From assembly GCA_037443035.1 (NCBI GenBank), contig JBBIPC010000011.1:88017-103586 (forward strand): DNA of 15,570 nucleotides, written 5' to 3'. The notes beneath the pieces are model-generated. The model was not told where the DNA came from, ran no database searches, and was given only the letters and a program-made list of their open reading frames with translations. This stretch comes from Chthonomonadales bacterium. Lineage in GTDB: Bacteria; Armatimonadota; Chthonomonadetes; Chthonomonadales; CAJBBX01. Numbering within the stretch: the stretch's first letter is position 1; every line of letters begins with the position of its first letter. A program made the position numbers and the translations under genes. Shown piece after piece: positions 7,753-14,840 of the stretch.

Positions 7753-8892
7753 TCACTCCGGCTTCTCGGGATTGGGCGGCACTGTCAGCCCGACGGTGAT
7801 ACCCACGACGCGCATCCCCTTGCCGCGGTCAGCGAGCTGGAAGGCAACGTTGGCCTTCTTGCTGTAGTCCAGCGTCCTCGTGTTGCCGCTGACGATCGTC
7901 TCCTCCGGGAAGCCGTAGATGGAGTAGATCTTGGCAGCCGTATCGCCGAGGCCAACACCATTCACGGTCCTTGCGCCAGCCTTGTAGCCGAAGGATTGGA
8001 TCTGGATGACACGTCCTTCGTTGTTGAACAGGAACACATGCGTATCGGTGCCCTTCTCATAGACCCAGGCAACCTCACCAGGCCCTGTCTCGATGGCGGT
8101 TCCAGCACTGGTCTGGGTCATCGTGCCGGTCGCGCCGCCCGGTGCGCCCGGCATGCCGCCCAACATAGGAGCGCCCATCATGCCGCCTGGCATACCGGGC
8201 GCTGTCGTTCCGCCTCGGAGTCCAGGCATGGGTATGCCGCCACCTGTGTCGCCCATGGCACCCATGGGAGCGCTCATGCCGCCCGCCATGCCCATGCCAC
8301 CCAGACCAGGCAAGCCGCGGCCGCCTGGGCTGGACATACCGCCCATAGCGCCGCGAGGCGGACCCATCATCATGCGACTCATGCCACGGCCCCCGGCACT
8401 GGACATTCCACCCATGGCTCCGGGCGGGGGACCCATCATCATGCTGCTCATGCCGCCCATCATCGGCGATCTCGGCGCACCCGCTGCACCACCTGCGCTG
8501 GACATACCGCCCATCATAGGGGCCCTGGGCGCACCCATGGCGCCGCCTGCACTGGACATTCCACCCATCATGGGGGTGGTCGGTGGCCCGGAGATGCCGC
8601 CTATGGAGGGCAGGCCCCGCGCACCCGTCATGCCGGCCATACCGAATGGCATGCCTGTGCCGCCCGGTGAGAACATCGCCGCGCCGCCGACGGTCGTGGT
8701 GGGAGTGACGCTCAGTTCTGCGGGTGGACCCGCTTCCACTCGCGTGGGTTGTCCATACTTAGCGAGGACGGCCTTCCATGTATCCAGTATGCGAACGCCG
8801 AGTAGGCTCTTGTCTGGTTTCGGAGCAGCGAGGGCTGTCGCAGACCAGATCACGCCCATTGCCAGCGTTGCTCCTGTTAGAATTCGTCGCAT
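7753..8892 (-). CDS. Secreted hypothetical protein with Met/Gly/Pro-rich low-complexity insert (paralog A)
   Basis: Signal peptide MRRILTGATLAMGVIWSATALA-A and RBS-like GGAGAGAGGA upstream. N- and C-terminal segments align with 8928-10049 (LLGVRI...G.PTRV; WVY...FN..GRVI.IQSFG.K; LGD; TLDYS.K; GKGMRVVGIT). Confidence 0.88.
   Translation of the reverse strand: MRRILTGATLAMGVIWSATALAAPKPDKSLLGVRILDTWKAVLAKYGQPTRVEAGPPAELSVTPTTTVGGAAMFSPGGTGMPFGMAGMTGARGLPSIGGISGPPTTPMMGGMSSAGGAMGAPRAPMMGGMSSAGGAAGAPRSPMMGGMSSMMMGPPPGAMGGMSSAGGRGMSRMMMGPPRGAMGGMSSPGGRGLPGLGGMGMAGGMSAPMGAMGDTGGGIPMPGLRGGTTAPGMPGGMMGAPMLGGMPGAPGGATGTMTQTSAGTAIETGPGEVAWVYEKGTDTHVFLFNNEGRVIQIQSFGYKAGARTVNGVGLGDTAAKIYSIYGFPEETIVSGNTRTLDYSKKANVAFQLADRGKGMRVVGITVGLTVPPNPEKPE
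8330..8568 (-). repeat. Five in-frame coding repeats (MGGMSS core) inside paralog A
   Basis: 17-bp units on the plus strand: CTGGACATACCGCCCAT at 8330 and 8498, CTGGACATTCCACCCAT at 8399 and 8552, variant CTGCTCATGCCGCCCAT at 8444. Spacings are 69, 45, 54 and 54 nt, all multiples of 3. Confidence 0.85.
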
Positions 8893-8927
8893 CAGAGGTT
8901 CTCCTCTCCGCAGGCCGTTGCCTGGCC

Positions 8928-10049
8928 CTAGCGTCGCCCCTCTGAAGGGGCTATGGTAATGCCGACCACCCGCATGCCTTTGCCGTCATGGCGGTCCAGC
9001 AGATCGAACACGACATGGAACTTCTGCGAATAATCGAGGGTTAGGGAATCGCCCTGCCGAATGGTCGTGCCTGCCCATCCGTACTTCTGATAAACCTTGG
9101 CCACCGGGTCACCGAGGGTAATCGATCGAGACGTCGCGCCCTTCCCCTTCGGCCCGAACGATTGGATGCGGATGACACGCCCGTCCTTGTTGAACATGAA
9201 GTGGATGGTCTGTTGGCCTCTCACGTAGACCCAGGTTTCCTTGACTTCTTCGCTCGGTACCGACGCCTGGACCTGCGACTGTGCGCCCACAGAGCCGCGC
9301 ATGCCCCCGATTCCAGGCATGCCCATGGGCCCGCCCGCAAGTCCTGCCATGAGGCCGGTGTCGCCAGCCGCGGCACTGGTGAGGCCCGTGCCGCCTCCGT
9401 ACATGGGAGGCATCATCATGCCGCCGGGACCTGGAACGCCAGCACCGCCCATGGGACCACGCATGGCGCCGCGTGCGCCTCCGCCGATGGGTGAGCCTGC
9501 ACCAATATCGTCTTCATCCTCGCTCTTACCACGGGCTCCGCCCATACCGCCCGGCATCGGCGGTCCACCGGCCATACCACCGACTGTGGGCATGCTTCGA
9601 CCACCGCCTCCCATGGGAGCGCTCATGCCCCCCATCATTCGGGGGTTGCCCATGGCGCCCATGCGCGGATTACCCATGCCGCCCATCATGGGGGCGCTCA
9701 TGCCGCCGGCGCTCATCATGCCACCCATCATGGGTGCACCAGGAGGTCCGGCCATGCCCATGGGGGCGCCCATCATGGGGCCGCCCGGTATGCCCATGCT
9801 CATGCCGCCCGTCTGGGCCCTTTGCATGTTGACGTTGATGGATCCCACTCCCATCTCGGGCGGCAGCGCCATGCCCGGCACGACCCGGGTCGGCTCGCCG
9901 TGTACTCTCAGCACGGTGGCGTAGTCGCGCCAAATGCGCACCCCCAGCAGCTCACGCTCAGCAGGTTGGGCAGCCTGAGACATGATCGCCGCTGTCAGGA
10001 ACCATGTCCCCAACATCCCGCCCAGCACGACGCGGATTGGTCGTAGCAT
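8928..10049 (-). CDS. Secreted hypothetical protein with Met/Gly/Pro-rich low-complexity insert (paralog B)
   Basis: Start moved to ATG 10049 (MLRPIRVVLGGMLGTWFLTAAIMSQA-A, signal-like), preceded by AGGAGG. Clear paralogy to 7753-8892 in the flanking folded segments. Confidence 0.88.
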   Translation of the reverse strand: MLRPIRVVLGGMLGTWFLTAAIMSQAAQPAERELLGVRIWRDYATVLRVHGEPTRVVPGMALPPEMGVGSINVNMQRAQTGGMSMGIPGGPMMGAPMGMAGPPGAPMMGGMMSAGGMSAPMMGGMGNPRMGAMGNPRMMGGMSAPMGGGGRSMPTVGGMAGGPPMPGGMGGARGKSEDEDDIGAGSPIGGGARGAMRGPMGGAGVPGPGGMMMPPMYGGGTGLTSAAAGDTGLMAGLAGGPMGMPGIGGMRGSVGAQSQVQASVPSEEVKETWVYVRGQQTIHFMFNKDGRVIRIQSFGPKGKGATSRSITLGDPVAKVYQKYGWAGTTIRQGDSLTLDYSQKFHVVFDLLDRHDGKGMRVVGITIAPSEGRR

Positions 10050-10161
10050 TTTCTCCCTCCTGTCCATGTCGGCAAAGCCGAAGCCCACGGGCGTACTCTC
10101 TAACTACGCCCTGTGCGCGCGAGTTTCCTTCTATCTTCAGAATATCTTACGTCTGATCGCC

Positions 10162-11934
10162 TCATTGTAGCACGGGAACTGGGTGCAATTCCCGTGAACG
10201 GGCGTGCAGTTCGCTGATCGTCACGAATGTGTACCCCCGCCGGCGCAGCTCGCCAATGATCCGTGGCAGCGCTGTGACGGTGGGTTGACGGCCATTGTGG
10301 AGGAGAACGATGGCACCCGGACGGACCCCCGCCAGAATATGCGCAGTCAACGGAGCGCTCCCCTCCAGTTCTTTCTGCTCACCGTTCACCGTCCACATGC
10401 AAGCTTGGAGTCCCAGGGATGCAGCAATCCGGCTGACACGCTCCGAGAGATTACCGCCTGGCGGTCTGAACCACCGCGGCGCGATGCCTGTCACGTGTTC
10501 GACGCAGGCATTCGTACGGACGAGCTCGTGCCGGATGGTCGCATCGCTGGCCCTGGCGAGGTTCGGATGCGAGAACGAATGGTTGCCGATCTCCATCCCA
10601 GCCTGCGCGAGTCGCATCACGAGATCCGGGCTTGCGGCAGCATGTCGCCCGATGACGAAGAACGTGGCTGGCACCTGCTCGCGGGTCAGGATGTCCAGGA
10701 TCTGCTCGGTGATGCCCGGTCGCGGACCGTCATCGAACGTCAGGGCAACAAGCTTCTGCTGAGGTGCCGCGCGCCAGAACGCCGGCTCGAAAACCGGCCT
10801 CGGACGAACGATGTGCTCGAGATCAGGCCAGACGGACGGATCCACTGCCAACGCCAGGCTCGACCACCGTCTGGCTGCGGATTCGTCACCGAGCTTGTGT
10901 GCGGCCTGCGCAGCCAACGCCGCGACGGACGCTCGACTCGGACGCAGCGCAAGCAGACGCCATAGCCGAGCTTCCGTCAGGCTGTCGTCCCGGTGCGCAG
11001 GTGCGCTGGCGTTCTGCGTGACGATCTCCTGACGCGTCGTCCGTATATCCTGTCCCGTGCCGTCGTAAGCAACGGTTTCAACAACGTGCACGCCGTTGGG
11101 GACTGTGGCGCTGTCCCACGCCAGTACGAAGGGACGCGAGTTCACCACGGCAAGGAACTTGCCATCCACGCGGAATGCAACGTAGCTCGCGTCGCTGTCG
11201 CCAGCACGCAACTGGACAGAGCCCGATACCGCGATACCCTTTGCTTTCTCCTGGACTGCCAGGAGGTTCCGTGGCAATGGCCGCAGTCCCCATCGGATGG
11301 GATGCGCTGGATCGAAGGTCATGAGGGCCGCTCGATAGTCTTCGTATCGCGCAACAGTGGGGTCGTTCAACACAACGGGTGCATCCTCCAGAACCCGCTG
11401 CCCATTCCCTTCGGCATGGGCGACGGCAAGGGCAATGGCCCGCCTGGCGGTATCCAACTCCATGGGAAGCGCGACACTTGCGGCGCCGCGCGAACCTCGC
11501 AGAAAGGCCACGTACTGACGTGCCAGCAAGCAGATGCCCGCGTCACCGTGCTTAGTGGCGGCTTCCAATGCAAGGTCGGCCTGCGCGAGATCGCCGGCTG
11601 CCAAACGGAGCAGGCCCATGCCGTAGCTGGCGATGGCGTTGTCCGGGACCAGGTTGTGCACTGCCTGGAACGCCTTCTCGCTACCGGATCTATCCCCGGT
11701 GAGCATCAGGATAGCTCCGGCCATGTTGTGAAGGAGCACACTCGACGGCATGGCCTGAAGACCTTGCCGCGTGCGCAATGCCGCTGCCTCGAAGTTCCCT
11801 CGTTCGGCTTGGTCCAGTGCTTCTCTCAGGACGGATCGTTCCGGATCGCTGTCCTGACGGGACTCCCGAGCCATGCTCGGCGTCAGCGCCACGCATAGGA
11901 CGCCCACCACCAGCAGAAGGTTACACTGCGTCAT
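10162..11934 (-). CDS. Secreted polysaccharide deacetylase family (CE4/NodB) protein with N-terminal TPR-like helices and an Ig-like domain
   Basis: Signal-like N-terminus. TPR-like 'AFQAVHNLVPDNAIASYGMGLL', Ig-like 'VAFRVDGK...WDSATVPNGVHVVETVAYD', and CE4 motifs LTFDDGP, GNHSFSH, FRPPGG, GAIVLLH. Confidence 0.88.
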   Translation of the reverse strand: MTQCNLLLVVGVLCVALTPSMARESRQDSDPERSVLREALDQAERGNFEAAALRTRQGLQAMPSSVLLHNMAGAILMLTGDRSGSEKAFQAVHNLVPDNAIASYGMGLLRLAAGDLAQADLALEAATKHGDAGICLLARQYVAFLRGSRGAASVALPMELDTARRAIALAVAHAEGNGQRVLEDAPVVLNDPTVARYEDYRAALMTFDPAHPIRWGLRPLPRNLLAVQEKAKGIAVSGSVQLRAGDSDASYVAFRVDGKFLAVVNSRPFVLAWDSATVPNGVHVVETVAYDGTGQDIRTTRQEIVTQNASAPAHRDDSLTEARLWRLLALRPSRASVAALAAQAAHKLGDESAARRWSSLALAVDPSVWPDLEHIVRPRPVFEPAFWRAAPQQKLVALTFDDGPRPGITEQILDILTREQVPATFFVIGRHAAASPDLVMRLAQAGMEIGNHSFSHPNLARASDATIRHELVRTNACVEHVTGIAPRWFRPPGGNLSERVSRIAASLGLQACMWTVNGEQKELEGSAPLTAHILAGVRPGAIVLLHNGRQPTVTALPRIIGELRRRGYTFVTISELHARSRELHPVPVLQ

Positions 11935-11955
11935 CGGAAACAGGTCGCGTTTCTC

Positions 11956-13356
11956 CTATACTTTCACGCGCTTCCATTTGCCGTCACGGAATAGCAGGAT
12001 GGCCAGGATACCGCTGAGGGCTGTTGTCGCGGACATGGCGATCCATGCTCCGGTAGCGCCGTAGCCCAAGCGAAGGGCGAGGAGCCAGGTCAGTGGCAGG
12101 CGGAATACCCAGAACGAAACGGCTGTGGCCACGGTGGGCCGAATGGTATCGCCGGCGCCTTGAAGACCGCCGGTGAGGATCATGCCGAAGGCTAGCATGG
12201 GCTCGGAGATAGCCATGATGCGCAGGTAGTGGGTGGCGATGGCAACTACCGCGGGATCGCGCGTGAACAGATGGGTGAATGGCTCTGCGAAGATGAAGAA
12301 CACAGCACCCATGACGGTCATGACCACACAGCCCTGGTAGGTGGCGGCCCAGCCCAGGCGCTCGGCATGGCGTGCGCTCTTGGCACCCAGCGCTTGGCCA
12401 ACCAGTGCCGAGGCGGCCACGCTGAAGCCAAGCCCCGGCATGAAGGCAATGGACTCGGCTGTGAGACCGATGGGCAACGCGGCGACGGCATCCATACCCT
12501 CGGGCGTCCTGGAGAGGATCCCCGTGAAGCCGAGCATGGCGGTTGTCCGCACAACGGCTGCGATGGCTGCAGGCACGCCGATCCGCAGGATGCGCGACGT
12601 CCATGCGACCGTCGGCCACAGGTAGGACCACCGCAGACAGCCATGCACAGGTGATCGGTGCAGGAGGATGAGATACAACACCAGGGAGACGAGCATGGAG
12701 GAAGACATGGCCAGCCCGCCGCCTGGTAGTCCCAGCTTCGGGAATCCCCAGTGACCGAGCATGATGGTCCAGTCGCCTAGAATGTGCACGCAGTTGGCCG
12801 CGAGCATGACCTTGAGTGGCGATCGAGTATCCCCCAAACCCCGGAAAATGGCGCTCACAACCGCCCCCACATTGCCCGGCACCAGACCGAGCAGGGCATA
12901 GGTGAGGAAGGCTGCGCACTGGTGGGCCGGACCACCGGAGACGCCCATGAGAAGCAGGAGTGGCTTCATGGATAAGTAGATGACGAGCATGGAGACGAGA
13001 CCGATAGCGCCGCCCAGCCCGATGGATTTGCCGGCCGCACGCTCCACTTGATCCGCATCCTGCGCGCCAGTGAAACGGGCCACTAACGCCGTCGTGCCCA
13101 CGGTGATGGCCATGGACACGGAGACTGTCACGAACATGATCTGCCCGCCGACGCCGACTGCCGCCAGGGCATCCCGCCCGAGTTGTCCCACGAACATTCG
13201 ATCGAGAATGCTGTTGGTTGTCATGAGGACGGAGGTCAATACCGACGGCCAGGCGAGACGCCAGACAGCCGCGTGGGTGTCCCGCGTGGTCCAGTGGGCG
13301 AAGCGATCCGGCGCAGAGCCGAGGGCTGTGGGTAGTGCTCTTTCGTTCGATGCCAT
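11956..13356 (-). CDS. MATE family efflux transporter / flippase-like protein
   Basis: 'WRLAWPS...DRMFVGQLGRDALAAVG', 'FRGLGDTRSPL', 'GLQGAGDTIRP', 'GATGAWIA' and multiple hydrophobic segments. Start placed at ATG 13356 because the longer ORF (to 13713) overlaps the divergent oxidoreductase. Confidence 0.92.
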   Translation of the reverse strand: MASNERALPTALGSAPDRFAHWTTRDTHAAVWRLAWPSVLTSVLMTTNSILDRMFVGQLGRDALAAVGVGGQIMFVTVSVSMAITVGTTALVARFTGAQDADQVERAAGKSIGLGGAIGLVSMLVIYLSMKPLLLLMGVSGGPAHQCAAFLTYALLGLVPGNVGAVVSAIFRGLGDTRSPLKVMLAANCVHILGDWTIMLGHWGFPKLGLPGGGLAMSSSMLVSLVLYLILLHRSPVHGCLRWSYLWPTVAWTSRILRIGVPAAIAAVVRTTAMLGFTGILSRTPEGMDAVAALPIGLTAESIAFMPGLGFSVAASALVGQALGAKSARHAERLGWAATYQGCVVMTVMGAVFFIFAEPFTHLFTRDPAVVAIATHYLRIMAISEPMLAFGMILTGGLQGAGDTIRPTVATAVSFWVFRLPLTWLLALRLGYGATGAWIAMSATTALSGILAILLFRDGKWKRVKV

Positions 13357-13363
13357 TTCGCCT

Positions 13364-13369
13364 ATTCTA
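13364..13369 (-). promoter_or_regulatory. Putative -10 element (TAGAAT) of a leaderless MATE promoter
   Basis: Minus strand reads TAGAAT-aggcgaa-ATG, the same 7-nt geometry as in front of dnaG. Confidence 0.5.
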
Positions 13370-13476
13370 CCTGCCCTATGCACGACGGGCCGAGCGAGGC
13401 ATGCCGGGGTGCACGTAGGAGAATAGCAGCGCGGTGCCGAAACCGCGTTGCAGCGCCAACACGGAGGAGGTTCACC

Positions 13477-14505
13477 ATGAGTGGTAAGGTGAGAGTGGCC
13501 ATGCTCTCGTTCGCGCACGTGCATGCGCCAGGCTATGCCGATCAAGTAACGAAGAACCCCGAGGCCGAGATCGTGGCCATCTGGGATGAGGACCCTGTAC
13601 GGGGCCGTATCGAAGCAGAGAAGCGGAAAGTACCGTTCGTGGACAAGCTGGAAAGCATTCTGGCGGATGCGCAGGTAGATGCCGTAGTCGTGGATACGCC
13701 TACGAACCTCCATGCCGAAGTGATTCTAGCCGCCGCAAAGGCCGGGAAGCACATCTTCACCGAGAAGGCGCTGACGATCACGACGGCAGATGCCACCATC
13801 GTCAGAGATGCCGTGAAAGCTGCGGGCGTATGCTTCATGATCTCGCTGCCGTCTCGCTGCAAGCCGGAGATTCTGTTTGCAAAGCGAGTCCTCGACGACG
13901 GTCTTCTGGGTACCGTCACCGAGATGCGCGCCCGCGTGGCTCACATGGCGGCGCTGGACAGGTGGTTCGGGCCTGCGGAGAATCACTCGGGGAACGCTTG
14001 GTTCGGCGACGAGAGAGCGGCCGGCGGTGGTGCGTTTTTCGACCTCGGCTGCCATCGGGTTGACGTCATGCGCTGGTTCTTGGGCGAGCCTGCGTCGGTC
14101 GTGGCGCGCATGAACAACATCAGCGGCGCATATGACATTGACGACAACATGGTGGCCGTGGTGGAGTTCCGCAACAAGGCGCTGGGTATTCTGGACGTGT
14201 CGTGGGTCCATCGGGCTGGTCCGAACCCGCTGGAGATCTACGGTACCGATGGCTATCTTTCTATGGACATGGGAATGGGTGTGAGGGTCTGGCTGGAGAG
14301 CACGAAGCTCGACGCCTCGGGCATCAAAGGACCTGTACTGCCGACGAACCTCCCGCCAGCGCTGCCGTCGCCCATGGAGCAATGGATCAGCGCTATTCTT
14401 CGCGGCACGGCCATGACCATTAGCGTGGACGATGGTTGGAACCTGACCCAGCTTCTGGACGGCTGCTATACTGCTGCGAGGACCGGTCACGAGGTCGTCT
14501 TCTGA
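13477..14505 (+). CDS. Gfo/Idh/MocA family NAD(P)-dependent oxidoreductase
   Basis: 'VDAVVVDTPTNLH', 'AGKHIFTEKAL', 'GGGAFFDLGCHRVD', 'LEIYGTDG'. ATG 13477 is preceded by GGAGGAGG. Confidence 0.93.
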   Translation: MSGKVRVAMLSFAHVHAPGYADQVTKNPEAEIVAIWDEDPVRGRIEAEKRKVPFVDKLESILADAQVDAVVVDTPTNLHAEVILAAAKAGKHIFTEKALTITTADATIVRDAVKAAGVCFMISLPSRCKPEILFAKRVLDDGLLGTVTEMRARVAHMAALDRWFGPAENHSGNAWFGDERAAGGGAFFDLGCHRVDVMRWFLGEPASVVARMNNISGAYDIDDNMVAVVEFRNKALGILDVSWVHRAGPNPLEIYGTDGYLSMDMGMGVRVWLESTKLDASGIKGPVLPTNLPPALPSPMEQWISAILRGTAMTISVDDGWNLTQLLDGCYTAARTGHEVVF

Positions 14506-14837
14506 TGGCATCGGTGCGGGAGCTTGTCTTCCAGGCGGTCCGGCGCATTCCGCGGGGCAAGGTCCTCGCCTACGGCCAGGTGGCCGAACTTGTGGGCGGC
14601 GTGGCGCTGAGCGGGTACGAAGTAGGGCGTATTATGTCCAGCGCAACGCCGGACGTACCGTGGCAGCGCGTGGTAGCCCGAGACGGCTCGCTCGTAATCA
14701 GCAAGCGGAATCCCTCCTTGGCCCAGGAGCAGCGCCGGCTCCTGGAGCTGGAGGGAGTCACTTTCGACAGCGCCGGACGTGTTCGCATGGACCTGCACAC
14801 ATGGGTGCCGGGCGGCACCCTGTTCGAGGAGGAGTAG
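14505..14837 (+). CDS. Alkyltransferase-like (ATL / YbaZ-type) MGMT-family DNA-binding protein
   Basis: 'VRRIPRGKVLAYGQVAELVG', 'VPWQRVV' (Trp in place of the catalytic Cys of PCHRV) and 'QRRLLELEGV'. The ATG overlaps the upstream TGA (TGATG at 14503-14507). Confidence 0.9.
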   Translation: MASVRELVFQAVRRIPRGKVLAYGQVAELVGGVALSGYEVGRIMSSATPDVPWQRVVARDGSLVISKRNPSLAQEQRRLLELEGVTFDSAGRVRMDLHTWVPGGTLFEEE

Positions 14838-14840
14838 CGA

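Noticed and set aside
8330..8568. Regularly spaced 17-bp repeats resembling a CRISPR array
   Set aside because: The units are too short, the spacings vary in multiples of 3, the 'spacers' resemble each other, everything lies in frame within a CDS, and there are no cas genes.
8093..9924. Plus-strand Pro/Met-rich ORFs 8093-8959 and 9241-9924
   Set aside because: Antisense shadows: GGC-ATG (Gly-Met) repeats read as ATG-CCN on the other strand. The minus-strand frames have the signal peptides, RBSs and conserved paralogous domains.
10104..10128. ECF-type promoter GGAAAC...CGTA, or a c-di-GMP riboswitch, upstream of paralog B
   Set aside because: The spacer is 14 nt against ~16 for SigW/SigM-type promoters, and the conserved c-di-GMP-I/II elements are not present.
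11984..12919. 311-aa alternative-frame ORF inside the MATE gene
   Set aside because: Arg/His/Pro-rich frame-shifted shadow. The MATE frame is intact, so no frameshift needs to be invoked.
13357..13713. 118-119 aa N-terminal extension of the MATE ORF
   Set aside because: It overlaps the divergent oxidoreductase and its RBS, and MATE similarity begins only after ATG 13356.
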